Source: a virus
UHGV virus genome: UHGV-0213688
Strand: one strand, 5' to 3'
Length of the DNA stretch: 61,436 bases
Within the stretch, counting starts at the first letter, position 1. The number at the start of each line of letters is the position of its first letter. Both the position numbers and the translations under genes were made by a program. The notes beneath the pieces were generated by a model. That model ran no database searches and was not told where the DNA came from. It worked only from the letters and a program-made list of their open reading frames with translations. Shown here piece after piece: positions 47,313 to 56,724 of this stretch.

Positions 47313-47573
47313 ATGAGCGAAAAATATATGTTTGAAAATCGTCCTATTGATGGTATGACCTGGAACAAACTCCAGGAAGCTGCTTGTCACGGTGCATTAG
47401 TTTGCACTAAAGAGCGCGATGTTGAAAAGGCCGGACCTGTTTATAAACTCCGCGACCCTTGTAATGAAGAATACTGCTTTGTGTTTAGCGATGAAGCTGA
47501 ACAGTTTAGTAATCCTTACCGCACCGCTGATGAAGCTGCGGAAATGAGTCGTAAATATGCGGATCAATTATGA
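47313..47573 (+). CDS. hypothetical protein inside deazaguanine module
   Basis: 86 aa; GGGGTGGAATAACT-ATG. Confidence 0.5.
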   Translation: MSEKYMFENRPIDGMTWNKLQEAACHGALVCTKERDVEKAGPVYKLRDPCNEEYCFVFSDEAEQFSNPYRTADEAAEMSRKYADQL

Positions 47574-47582
47574 GGTGGAATA

Positions 47583-47795
47583 ATGATCACTTTGGAAGAA
47601 GCGAAACAGCATCAGGAAATGATCACTGAGCTGGTAGAAAAACTTAATTCTGCAATTGCTCACGCTACTATGCAGGGTGTGCATGTTGAATTAGATATTA
47701 ATCACGTTAGTACAATTGGAGCACGCAATCATCCGATTGTGATGTCAAACGTAACAATCAACCCTTGTGATATTAAAGGTGTAGAAGATGAATGA
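47583..47795 (+). CDS. hypothetical small protein (possible paralogue of next gene)
   Basis: 70 aa; GAGGTGGAATA-ATG, same RBS context as upstream gene. Confidence 0.45.
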   Translation: MITLEEAKQHQEMITELVEKLNSAIAHATMQGVHVELDINHVSTIGARNHPIVMSNVTINPCDIKGVEDE

Positions 47796-47976
47796 AGAAA
47801 CTGTAATTCTTATGCAGAAAATTCAACGTTTACAGGACGAGTTGAATGACGCTATTTGCCGCGCTGCATCAAAGAAAATACATTCGGAGCTTGAAATACA
47901 CCAGCGCCGGGTAACATCTGAAGCGGTGGTGGAACAAGTAGTCATTAACCTCAATATTAGTCTTAAAGGTTTCTAA
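47788..47976 (+). CDS. hypothetical small protein
   Basis: 62 aa; overlaps upstream gene by 8 nt; AAAGGTG RBS. Confidence 0.45.
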   Translation: MNEETVILMQKIQRLQDELNDAICRAASKKIHSELEIHQRRVTSEAVVEQVVINLNISLKGF

Positions 47977-47977
47977 A

Positions 47978-48700
47978 ATGAACAAATTAGATAAACTGGT
48001 ATTCCCTGTAAAAAATCATAACTCCGCCGTTGTGGTCCTGTCTGGCGGTCAGGACAGCGTGACCTGTTTAGGTCTTGCACTTAATAACTATGATAAGGTT
48101 TACGCTATTGGTTTTGCATACGGTCAACGTCACACTGTGGAATTAGCTTGCGCTGAACAGATATGTAAAGAACACGATGTCCCATTTGTTGTCTTTGAAT
48201 TACCTGCTTTGAAACAGATTGGCAATAGCGCTTTAATTGGGAACGAAGGTGATGTTAACGAACATCACGAACAGCACAACAACCTTCCAGCAAGCTTTGT
48301 GCCAAACCGTAATGCTCTTTTCCTGACTACCGCGCACGCCTACGCGCAGAAAGTTGGTGCCCGATATGTGGTTACAGGCGTCTGTGAAACAGACTATAGC
48401 GGTTATCCGGATTGCCGCCAGCAGTTTGTAGACTTGCTTGAAGCTACGTTAAACGTTGGATATGAAACAGATATTCATTTCGTTACCCCGCTTATGCGTT
48501 TAAATAAAGCAGAAACGTTTGAGCTGGCGGATAAGGTTGGCTTCTTAACCACAGTAATTGAACAGTCCCATACTTGCTATAACGGTGTCCGTCGCACTCT
48601 GCATGACTGGGGCTATGGTTGCGGTGAATGCCCTGCGTGCAAACTGCGTGCTAAAGGGTACAGTGAATTTATGGATAACGCTTACAGCAAACACGTTTGA
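47978..48700 (+). CDS. queC: 7-cyano-7-deazaguanine (preQ0) synthase
   Basis: PP-loop VVLSGGQDS; C-terminal Zn-binding Cys cluster CYNG...CGECPACKLR; 240 aa with no amidotransferase fusion. Confidence 0.85.
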   Translation: MNKLDKLVFPVKNHNSAVVVLSGGQDSVTCLGLALNNYDKVYAIGFAYGQRHTVELACAEQICKEHDVPFVVFELPALKQIGNSALIGNEGDVNEHHEQHNNLPASFVPNRNALFLTTAHAYAQKVGARYVVTGVCETDYSGYPDCRQQFVDLLEATLNVGYETDIHFVTPLMRLNKAETFELADKVGFLTTVIEQSHTCYNGVRRTLHDWGYGCGECPACKLRAKGYSEFMDNAYSKHV

Positions 48701-48820
48701 TCTTACCGCGAAAACCGCACCGCTAGCGCATTGTTTAGGGTGCGGGAACCCAACTATACTACTAAACCTTTTAAACCCAACAACCAGCGAATAACGCTGT
48801 TAAAACTGGAGAACAAAAGT

Positions 48821-49300
48821 ATGAAATTTATCGTTGCTTATCTGGCTGCAATTACATTCGTAAACCTGGGCTTTTCCTACCTTCCAATGCTCAATACGCC
48901 TCTTGGCGTGGTCCCGATGATGGCTTTCTTTGTAGGTATTATCTTTGTGTTGCGTGACTACGCACAGCGTAACGCTGGTAAAGGCGTTATCCCTGCAATG
49001 ATTGTGGGTTGCATCCTTAGCTGGGTATTTGGGGATCCTGCTGTTGTAGTTGCATCCGTTGCATCCTTTGCTCTTAGCGAGTTTGCGGACTATGCGGTAT
49101 ACACGATTACTAAGAAGCCGTTTCATCAACGTGTATTTATTAGCTCTTTGGTAGCTGTACCGATTGACTCCATTGTGTTCTTAAGTATTATAGGTATTGT
49201 TAATCCGGGATCAATGGTAGCAATGAGCTTAAGTAAGTTCACAGCATCTGCTATTCTTTGGGTTGTTTACGAAGTTCATTCACGTACAGCGAGAGCGTAA
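48821..49300 (+). CDS. YhhQ/DUF165-like membrane protein (queuosine-precursor transporter family)
   Basis: ORF 48731..49300; preferred ATG 48821 after GGAG; about 159 aa, 4-5 hydrophobic helices; VLRDYAQRNAG and SEFADYAVY resemble YhhQ motifs; sits between queC and queD. Confidence 0.5.
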   Translation: MKFIVAYLAAITFVNLGFSYLPMLNTPLGVVPMMAFFVGIIFVLRDYAQRNAGKGVIPAMIVGCILSWVFGDPAVVVASVASFALSEFADYAVYTITKKPFHQRVFISSLVAVPIDSIVFLSIIGIVNPGSMVAMSLSKFTASAILWVVYEVHSRTARA

Positions 49301-49302
49301 AA

Positions 49303-49890
49303 ATGAAAGATAATTTGAATAAGATTTGGCACCAACACGACGGTAAAGGGATGCCTATTTTTCTTCGTAATGAGAAGTTTGAAGTTCGTTTGCGCAACGG
49401 CACACACGTTAAGAATTTATTAGATGGATGGGATTGGGCTATGGAAGGGCGTTCAGCTATGGATGAAAATAGCCCTTATAAAGTTCAAGATATTATAGCC
49501 TGGCGATATATCGTTGCGGATGATTACGTCAAACAAGCTAGCGAAAACACTCGCTCCGGATTGTACCATCAAGCTTCTGAAACAAGCATAAGTAATACAT
49601 TTAATGGTGCAGTTTTTACGAAATATGAACCATCTAAAATTCCCATGAATAAATATCAGAAAATTATTTATGGTAAAGATCAAAACGGCAATGTTGTAAA
49701 GTGCATCGTGGATGTGTATGATGTCTTGGAAGCTTGGAAGACAACTAACCCAGCTTTGCAGCATTTAATTAAAAAAGCGTTGCAGCCGGGCGAACGCGGT
49801 CATAAAAGTCTGGTAGAAGACTTGAAAGATATTATTGCATCCGCACAGCGTGCATTAGAAATTGAACAGTCTAAAGAGGTATTAAAATGA
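49303..49890 (+). CDS. hypothetical protein embedded in deazaguanine module
   Basis: ORF 49258..49890; preferred ATG 49303 directly after upstream stop; no motif recognised. Confidence 0.5.
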   Translation: MKDNLNKIWHQHDGKGMPIFLRNEKFEVRLRNGTHVKNLLDGWDWAMEGRSAMDENSPYKVQDIIAWRYIVADDYVKQASENTRSGLYHQASETSISNTFNGAVFTKYEPSKIPMNKYQKIIYGKDQNGNVVKCIVDVYDVLEAWKTTNPALQHLIKKALQPGERGHKSLVEDLKDIIASAQRALEIEQSKEVLK

Positions 49891-50423
49891 GCTATACAGT
49901 AATTCGTTCACATGAAATTTGCGCCGGACATCGTGTTGTAGGTCACGAAAGCAAATGTCGCCACCTCCACGGTCACAACTATAAGTTTCACTTTAAGGTT
50001 GCTCCGAAGCATGGATGCGGAAAAGTAGTGACACGAGGAAAGCTGATTGAGGACGGTCTGGACAGCGTTGGGCGCGTGATTGACTTTAGTGTGGTTAAAA
50101 CTACGCTCTGCCAGTGGCTAGAAGATAACTGGGATCATAAGTTTCTACATTGGGAAAAGGATATGTTGATCAACGGACTGCAATGTTGTATTGAAACGGA
50201 TACTCAATCTGAACGCGGTTGGCCTACTTTCGGTGAAGGGGATGAAGATCTTAAAGCTTTTAACGATTCACTGGTATCTTTGCCGTTCAACCCAACTGCG
50301 GAAAACCTAGCTGCATATATGGTTGAAGTGATTGGTCCGCTACTGCTTGACGAACATGGCGTTCAACTTGTAGAATGCACCATCGAAGAAACTTCGAAAT
50401 GTCACGTAAACTATAGCCTGTAA
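49887..50423 (+). CDS. queD: 6-carboxy-5,6,7,8-tetrahydropterin synthase
   Basis: CAGHRVVGHESKCRHLHGHNYKF matches the QueD Cys/His zinc and active-site signature; AAAGAGG RBS. Confidence 0.8.
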   Translation: MSYTVIRSHEICAGHRVVGHESKCRHLHGHNYKFHFKVAPKHGCGKVVTRGKLIEDGLDSVGRVIDFSVVKTTLCQWLEDNWDHKFLHWEKDMLINGLQCCIETDTQSERGWPTFGEGDEDLKAFNDSLVSLPFNPTAENLAAYMVEVIGPLLLDEHGVQLVECTIEETSKCHVNYSL

Positions 50424-50424
50424 T

Positions 50425-51063
50425 ATGACCACATTAACAAGGAAACTGCAAACCATGTCAAAATTTACTATTAATGACGAAAGTATTCAATTTGAAATTA
50501 CTCGCGCGGTGCGCGCTTTACTAACTCGAATTGAAAATTGCACTGAATTACGTCCAGGTTTGGAAGAGACTCCATATCGTGTCGCTAAAGCCTATGCTAC
50601 ATGGTTCGGCGGTTATAATGTGGATATTGCTGGTCTGTTTAAGACCTTTGAAGACGGGGCGGAAGGTTCAAATGAAATGGTCATCGTCCGTGATATTCCA
50701 GTTTATAGCCATTGTGAACACCATATAGCCCCTATTATCGGTCGCGCTGTTGTGGGGTATGTTCCTAACGGTCGCATTGTGGGGCTCAGTAAACTGTCTC
50801 GCGTTGTGGATGCTTTTAGTCGTCGACTGCAAGTTCAGGAACGTCTTACTAACCAGATTGCTGACGCTATCCAGGAACACCTGAATCCGAAAGCTGTATG
50901 TGTTTATATTGATGCCAAGCATATGTGCATGGAGTCGCGCGGTGTTAAGCAGGTATGCGGCAGCTCTACTATTACCAAAGCGTTCCGGGGCGCTACAGAA
51001 CTGGAGCATGGTAGCGATATTGGTAAAGAATGGCGCCGGGAGTTCCTCGAAGCTTGTAAATAA
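50425..51063 (+). CDS. folE: GTP cyclohydrolase I
   Basis: CEHHIAPIIG, GLSKLSRVVDAFSRRLQVQERLT and HMCMESRG motifs; start could instead be ATG 50455. Confidence 0.85.
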   Translation: MTTLTRKLQTMSKFTINDESIQFEITRAVRALLTRIENCTELRPGLEETPYRVAKAYATWFGGYNVDIAGLFKTFEDGAEGSNEMVIVRDIPVYSHCEHHIAPIIGRAVVGYVPNGRIVGLSKLSRVVDAFSRRLQVQERLTNQIADAIQEHLNPKAVCVYIDAKHMCMESRGVKQVCGSSTITKAFRGATELEHGSDIGKEWRREFLEACK

Positions 51064-51082
51064 TAGATAGCTTTACAGATCA

Positions 51083-51119
51083 AGCCCATATCGGTCATAA
51101 TACTGGTATGGGCTTTTTA
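51083..51119 (+). terminator. possible terminator (long loop)
   Basis: AGCCCATA - 16-nt loop - TATGGGCT followed by TTTTT. Confidence 0.4.
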
Positions 51120-51134
51120 GTCATTGGAGGAAAT

Positions 51135-51341
51135 ATGGTAAGACAATACTTTTTCAACGTTCGAGCTGTAGAAAAAGGTACTTTCAGAGTTCTGTTATGT
51201 ATGGACGGTATTGCTGAAAGCAGTAACGCAAAACAAATTCATGCGGATCTGCATGTTAGAGTTGAACAGATCTTAAGCGAGCAATGCTTTAAGAAAGAAA
51301 ATTATCTCATTGAAGTAGTCGCTTTAAACAACGTGGAGTAA
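51135..51341 (+). CDS. hypothetical small protein
   Basis: ORF 51108..51341; preferred ATG 51135 with GGAGG upstream. Confidence 0.45.
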   Translation: MVRQYFFNVRAVEKGTFRVLLCMDGIAESSNAKQIHADLHVRVEQILSEQCFKKENYLIEVVALNNVE

Positions 51342-51344
51342 GAA

Positions 51345-52265
51345 ATGAACGTTTTTATGGCAGCAGTTTACACAAACGGATATATGCCCGGGCAGCAGCG
51401 CTATGAAAAGCTGTCCGAGCATGAGAAAAATATCACGCGCAATCTGCCCCATATTTTGGAATCATACCACTACGTTGGACGTCAGAAGTATGTTGATCAA
51501 ATGCGTGCGGATGGGGCTAAAGTGTTTCTCGACTCCGGTGCATTCTCCGCGCACTCGTTAGGTGCTCACATTGATATTGTTGAATACTGCGAATACATCA
51601 AGCGCAACAAAGACATCCTTCGCGTAGAAGATGGTGCGGTGATGGCGTCAGTGCTCGATGGTATCGGTGATCCGTTGCAGACCTACCGTAACCAACTTGA
51701 AATGGAAGCACGCGGTGCTAAACCGTTACCTTGCTTTCACTTTGGGGAGGACTTCCGCTATCTTGAATACTACATGAAGAACTACGAATATATCACCATC
51801 GGGGGCATGGTAGGACGTTCCACAGACACGCTTAAAACTTGGCTGGACCGCATGTGGGACAAATACATTTGCGACGGTAGCGGACGTGCTAAGATTAAAC
51901 TTCATGCGTTTGGTATTACGTCCACAACCATTATGGAACGTTATCCGTGGTATAGCTGTGACTCTTCCTCCTGGATTCAAGCAGCAGCGTTTGGAAGTGT
52001 GGTTACTCCTCCGTGGGGCCCAATGCGCGTATCAGATAAGTCACCGGACCGCCATCATTTTGGTAAGCATGTTTCAACATTAACTGAAATTGAACAAGAC
52101 GCTGTCCTTAAATACCTTGAGCAAAACGGTTTCACTTACGAACGTTTATCAACAATCTATGAATCACGTGCTGCCTTCAACTTATGGGCGTATGGTGTAA
52201 TTGCTACAAACATTAACGCTACCCATGACGGCACATTCCGTGATCGTGTAATGGAGTTATTTTGA
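51345..52265 (+). CDS. dpdA: DpdA-like tRNA-guanine-transglycosylase homologue (7-deazaguanine DNA transglycosylase)
   Basis: TGT-like VFLDSGAFSAH motif and TIM-barrel-like pattern; no TGT zinc site; directly downstream of folE. Confidence 0.65.
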   Translation: MNVFMAAVYTNGYMPGQQRYEKLSEHEKNITRNLPHILESYHYVGRQKYVDQMRADGAKVFLDSGAFSAHSLGAHIDIVEYCEYIKRNKDILRVEDGAVMASVLDGIGDPLQTYRNQLEMEARGAKPLPCFHFGEDFRYLEYYMKNYEYITIGGMVGRSTDTLKTWLDRMWDKYICDGSGRAKIKLHAFGITSTTIMERYPWYSCDSSSWIQAAAFGSVVTPPWGPMRVSDKSPDRHHFGKHVSTLTEIEQDAVLKYLEQNGFTYERLSTIYESRAAFNLWAYGVIATNINATHDGTFRDRVMELF

Positions 52266-52492
52266 TGGCTAACTTAAGAAGACCAAAAGGCAAACGTAAA
52301 TATACTCACACAGGCGTAAGAATTAATTATTACGGTGAAAACAGAGTAGTATTTCTCCACAAGACACCTAAGCAGTGGCAGGATCCGTCAGGTACATGGT
52401 TTAATGCACAAGGAAAACAAATGGGGCTTTACGGATACCCTCCAACCTGCGAATTAGATTTAACCACAATTAGAGCAATCGAGGATCGCTAA
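52262..52492 (+). CDS. hypothetical small protein
   Basis: 76 aa; GGAG RBS; overlaps dpdA stop. Confidence 0.45.
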   Translation: MMANLRRPKGKRKYTHTGVRINYYGENRVVFLHKTPKQWQDPSGTWFNAQGKQMGLYGYPPTCELDLTTIRAIEDR

Positions 52493-52728
52493 TGACACCA
52501 GTATGTGAAGAATATATTACTTCTCAATCTAAAGCTGGGGGTAAAGCGGTAGGTCGTGTTGCTATCGCTAAGTTAACAAACGCGGGCTATGAACCAAAAG
52601 TCACCCCGCCTCCCCCTGAGCCCTGGATATGGGAGAAAAACGGGGGTCGTATTATAGCCATTACATCGTATATGGGACCTTTTAGATTAAAGATTGAGTA
52701 TCTTGTAGACTTAGATGGGGACTCCTAA
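52492..52728 (+). CDS. hypothetical small protein
   Basis: 78 aa; GAGGA RBS. Confidence 0.45.
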   Translation: MTPVCEEYITSQSKAGGKAVGRVAIAKLTNAGYEPKVTPPPPEPWIWEKNGGRIIAITSYMGPFRLKIEYLVDLDGDS

Positions 52729-53681
52729 TGCTTGACGCTCTTAAATTTGTTCAAGGCTCCGTCGCTAAAAAGGAACTGGTAGAAGGGCTTACCAGCTTTC
52801 TTATCCGTGATGGGCAGGTACAGGGCTTTAACGGTGTTATTGCACTGGGTAGTCCTATTGAGTTGGATATTGATTGCAAGCCCGAAGCTGGGCCTATGAT
52901 TAAAGCTATTTCCAACTGCGATGAAACAGTGCAGCTAACAATGATGGCTAACGGTAAGTTAAATATCAAGTCCGGTCCGTTTCGTGTTGCTATACGCTGC
53001 ATTGATAAAGAAACGCCGCACGTATTTCCTGAAGGTGATTTGTACGAAATAGACGGCGCTCGCTTCGTGCATGGTGTAAAGTCCGTTGCTCCATTTGTTG
53101 GGTCCGATGCTTCCCGTCCGTGGGCTTGCGGTATCCTGATTAATAACGGTAGCCTGTTTGCTACAAATAACGTCACTATTGCGGAATACTGGTTTGGTAA
53201 TCAGTTCCCTATTGATTGCATAATACCTTCCGTTGCAATTAAAGAAATACTGCGTATTAAAGCTAACCCGACGCATATTCAGGTTAGCAAGAATAACGTA
53301 ACGTTTCATTATCCGGAAGGTCGCTGGTTGCGGACACAGCTTATTGATGCGGAATGGCCCGATATACGTCGTATTTTAAATGTTCAATGCAATGCACATC
53401 CTGTTGATCCAGGTCTTTTTGAAGGCTTGCATAAAATTAAACCGTTCGCAGAAGACCGACCGCGTGTATATATTGAAAACGGTCTAGCCCGTACTCACTA
53501 TGATGATGCAGAAGGTGCAAGCTTCGTATTACAGGACCGCACTATAACGGGAGTGTACAATATTGACATCCTGCTATTGCTTGAAAATGTGGTTAAGACG
53601 GCGGACTTTAGTTTATATCCGCAACCTTGCGCATTCTTTGGGGAAAACCTTCGCGGTGTATTAATTGGAGAACGTGTATGA
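52728..53681 (+). CDS. putative sliding-clamp (DnaN beta-clamp-like) protein
   Basis: 317 aa just upstream of DNA polymerase; DAEWPDIRRILN resembles DnaN GRFPDYRRVLP; weak overall. Confidence 0.4.
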   Translation: MLDALKFVQGSVAKKELVEGLTSFLIRDGQVQGFNGVIALGSPIELDIDCKPEAGPMIKAISNCDETVQLTMMANGKLNIKSGPFRVAIRCIDKETPHVFPEGDLYEIDGARFVHGVKSVAPFVGSDASRPWACGILINNGSLFATNNVTIAEYWFGNQFPIDCIIPSVAIKEILRIKANPTHIQVSKNNVTFHYPEGRWLRTQLIDAEWPDIRRILNVQCNAHPVDPGLFEGLHKIKPFAEDRPRVYIENGLARTHYDDAEGASFVLQDRTITGVYNIDILLLLENVVKTADFSLYPQPCAFFGENLRGVLIGERV

Positions 53682-53824
53682 CAAATGAAGAAACATATAA
53701 AGAGGCTTGTGATAAGGTTATACTTTCGCGCTCAAATAAAAACCATAAACCTACACCTGCTCCGGAAGGGTTAAGCGACGATGAACTTTTAAAATGGTTG
53801 GAGTCTTTTAAAGATGAGGACTGA
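53678..53824 (+). CDS. small hypothetical protein (48 aa)
   Basis: ORF 53627..53824; preferred ATG 53678 with GGAG 8 nt upstream, ATGA overlap with upstream stop. Confidence 0.35.
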   Translation: MTNEETYKEACDKVILSRSNKNHKPTPAPEGLSDDELLKWLESFKDED

Positions 53825-55799
53825 TGCTATTGGTTTCTTTTGGCAGGACTTACCGCCTGAGCCAAAAGCAAAGAAAGAAAAGGTTAAACGTTTACCGCCG
53901 GAGCGCACTTGGGAGCGCCCGGATTATCTGCCAAACTTAGAGGAAGCGCGGAACTTCCAATACAACCTGTATACGCAGGACGAACTTATTCAAGCATGGA
54001 TTAACCGCGAACCGCTTGTATACGATATTGAATGTTATCCAAACTATTTCTTAATCGCGTTTCGCGGAGTACGGACTAAGAAAGTTGTCTACTTCGAAAT
54101 GTATCACGGTTGTAGTTTGAATTGCTTGTTACTTAACTGGATAATGACAAACTTCCTTATCGTAAGCTTTAACGGTAACGGGTACGATATGCTAATTGCT
54201 ACGCTTGCGCTTAACGGCTGCTCTAATGCTCAGCTTAAAGATGCAACCGATAAGATAATCGTTGAAGACTGGCGTCCTTCTGATGTGTTGAAGAGTTACC
54301 GCCTTAAGCGTATGCAGAACGTTAACCACATTGATATTATGGAAGTTCTGCCTGGATCTGGTGGTTTGAAACAATATGGCGGACGTGTACATACTCGCCG
54401 TATGCAGGATTTACCGTTCAAGCCAAATACAATGCTGACGCAGGACCAGATGTTGATTGCACGCTGGTACTGTATTAACGACCTTGTACAGACGGAAGAA
54501 TGTTTTATTGCATTGCAAGAGCCTTTGCACCTTCGTGAAATTATGTCGCAAGAATATGGTGTGGATCTGCGTTCACGTTCTGATGCGCAGATTGCAGAAG
54601 ACGTAATTAAACACGAAATTCAAGCGTTAACTGGTGTGCGTCCCCAGCGTCCCCAAGTTTATCCTGGAACAAAGTATGCGTATAACATACCGAACTTTAT
54701 TCGTTTTCAAACACCTCTGATGAATAGTGTTTTGGATATTGTTCGCGACTGCCGCTTTGTTGTTAGTGATAACGGTGGTGTTAGCTTGCCCCCAGCGTTA
54801 ACAGGTCTTGAAATCAAGATTGCGGACGGTGTCTACCGTATGGGTATTGGCGGTCTGCACAGCTCCGAAGAATGTGCTGGACATGGTAAAGAGCCAGGTA
54901 TTAAGAAGCGGGACATTGACGTAACGTCCTATTACCCTTCAATTATTCTTAATCAGGGCTTATACCCCGAACAGTTGGGACCAGCTTTCCTTCGTGTTTA
55001 TAAAAGCATTGTAGACCGTCGTATTGCGGCTAAGCACTCAGGGGACAAGAACACAGCCAACACGCTGAAGATCGTTATCAACGGATCGTTCGGTAAATTG
55101 GGTTCAATGTGGTCTGTATTGTACGCGCCACAATTATTGATACAGGTAACTATCACCGGACAGCTATCCCTGTTAATGCTTATTGAAGCATTCGAGCTAA
55201 ACGGTGTTAAAGTAATTTCAGCGAATACCGATGGTATTGTGGTTAAGTATCCCGACCACATGCAGGACTTCGTTGATAACATGATCAAGTGGTGGGAATC
55301 CGTCACAGGTTTTGAAATGGAATCCACTTATTATGACAAGCTATACAGTGCCAACGTCAATAACTATGTAGCTGTCAAAGAACCTGATGCAGAAGGTAAC
55401 GTTGAAGTTAAGCGTAAGGGCTGGTTTGCCAAGACAGGACTTCAAAAGAACTGTACGGGCGAAATTATCATGGAAGCGGTATGTGAATGCCTGGCCCACG
55501 GTACGCCTGTTTCTCGTACTATACGCAATTGCAACGATATTAGAAAATTCATTATCCTACGTGCGGTGAAAGGTGGCGCGGTATGGAATGGCGAATTTTT
55601 GGGTAAGGTTGTACGCTGGTATTTAAGCACCAATGAAGAAACTCCCGAAATAATCTATGCTAACTCGGGCAACCGTGTAGCTGGTAGCGCGGGAGGTGTC
55701 CCAATCATGACGCTACCGGATAAAATACCGGACGACATAGATTATGATGCTTATATAGCTAAAGCAGAGAAGTATCTCGAAGACATGGGATACGCCTAA
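53814..55799 (+). CDS. DNA polymerase, family B (with 3'-5' exonuclease domain)
   Basis: exo I YDIECYP; pol motif A DVTSYYPSIIL; motif B KIVINGSFGKLG; motif C SANTDGIVV. Confidence 0.8.
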   Translation: MRTDAIGFFWQDLPPEPKAKKEKVKRLPPERTWERPDYLPNLEEARNFQYNLYTQDELIQAWINREPLVYDIECYPNYFLIAFRGVRTKKVVYFEMYHGCSLNCLLLNWIMTNFLIVSFNGNGYDMLIATLALNGCSNAQLKDATDKIIVEDWRPSDVLKSYRLKRMQNVNHIDIMEVLPGSGGLKQYGGRVHTRRMQDLPFKPNTMLTQDQMLIARWYCINDLVQTEECFIALQEPLHLREIMSQEYGVDLRSRSDAQIAEDVIKHEIQALTGVRPQRPQVYPGTKYAYNIPNFIRFQTPLMNSVLDIVRDCRFVVSDNGGVSLPPALTGLEIKIADGVYRMGIGGLHSSEECAGHGKEPGIKKRDIDVTSYYPSIILNQGLYPEQLGPAFLRVYKSIVDRRIAAKHSGDKNTANTLKIVINGSFGKLGSMWSVLYAPQLLIQVTITGQLSLLMLIEAFELNGVKVISANTDGIVVKYPDHMQDFVDNMIKWWESVTGFEMESTYYDKLYSANVNNYVAVKEPDAEGNVEVKRKGWFAKTGLQKNCTGEIIMEAVCECLAHGTPVSRTIRNCNDIRKFIILRAVKGGAVWNGEFLGKVVRWYLSTNEETPEIIYANSGNRVAGSAGGVPIMTLPDKIPDDIDYDAYIAKAEKYLEDMGYA

Positions 55800-55809
55800 A
55801 TTCTACTTG

Positions 55810-55835
55810 CAGACCCTTCGCGGGTCTGTTTTAAT
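55810..55835 (+). terminator. rho-independent terminator
   Basis: CAGACCC-TTCGC-GGGTCTG followed by TTTTAAT. Confidence 0.6.
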
Positions 55836-55863
55836 ATATGCATACAACAAGAGGAGATACAAA

Positions 55864-56148
55864 ATGAGCTTAGTAGACGATTACAATAAAGGTAAAATCG
55901 ACGCGGTGGAACTTAACCGTCAGCTTAATAAACAAAATGAAGAACGCAAACAAGGTAAGTACCTTACAATGATTGTTGCACTTATCTTCACTGTTATTGG
56001 CGGATGTGTTTACGGCTACATTAACCACACTGTTGAAGCTGGCAATGAATGTCGCGCTAAATATCCAATTCACGTTGGTGTAACTCCACAGGAAGACATT
56101 GATGCGCTTCTGGAACTTCAAGCCTTATGTCGTAAAGGGAAAGCATAA
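55864..56148 (+). CDS. small membrane protein
   Basis: ORF 55807..56148; preferred ATG 55864 after AGAGGAG; central hydrophobic helix. Confidence 0.5.
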   Translation: MSLVDDYNKGKIDAVELNRQLNKQNEERKQGKYLTMIVALIFTVIGGCVYGYINHTVEAGNECRAKYPIHVGVTPQEDIDALLELQALCRKGKA

Positions 56149-56681
56149 TGAAACGTTTATTACTCGTAGCCTTGCTGATAGCGCCTGGTGTCCAAGCTGT
56201 GGATTTAAAAGATGCAGCAAAGAAACTATGCCAAGACCATCCTATTAAGTTACAATGTGAAGAGCTTGTATCCAGCATGTTAACCAATTCTTACGTGATG
56301 GGACAAACGCAGCTTGGATGTGAGTTAGGTATTATTGATGCGTGCAAAGCAGCGCGTACCAATAAACATTTTGAAAAGAACGCACGTTGGCTGGAGCAGC
56401 GCATTAGAACCCTTGATCATAGGGGTACTTTTGGGGGGCTAGCCGCGTGTAAAACCTTAAAGGGGTACATTAGCATGGCTGGTAAAGAAAAGAGCGTAGC
56501 AAGCGATTTAGCTGCGGATGTAGCAAGTCGCGAACCGTGGCAACATGGTGACAAACCAGTAGTTTACATTCACGTCTATTACTGGAATAATATGACAGCG
56601 GAGCAACAAGAAGCGTTGAAAGTTTTAGCCGACGTTATTGTTGTTCCTGAGGAACCATCACCGGAAACACCGGAAGCGTAA
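56148..56681 (+). CDS. secreted/periplasmic protein with signal peptide
   Basis: N-terminus MKRLLLVALLIAPGVQA followed by Cys-containing mature region. Confidence 0.55.
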   Translation: MKRLLLVALLIAPGVQAVDLKDAAKKLCQDHPIKLQCEELVSSMLTNSYVMGQTQLGCELGIIDACKAARTNKHFEKNARWLEQRIRTLDHRGTFGGLAACKTLKGYISMAGKEKSVASDLAADVASREPWQHGDKPVVYIHVYYWNNMTAEQQEALKVLADVIVVPEEPSPETPEA

Positions 56682-56688
56682 CAAATAA

Positions 56689-56716
56689 ATACCCGCGTTC
56701 GCGCGGGTATTTTAAG
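56689..56716 (+). terminator. probable rho-independent terminator
   Basis: ATACCCGCG-TTCG-CGCGGGTAT followed by TTTAAGG. Confidence 0.45.
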
Positions 56717-56724
56717 GAGCGAGC

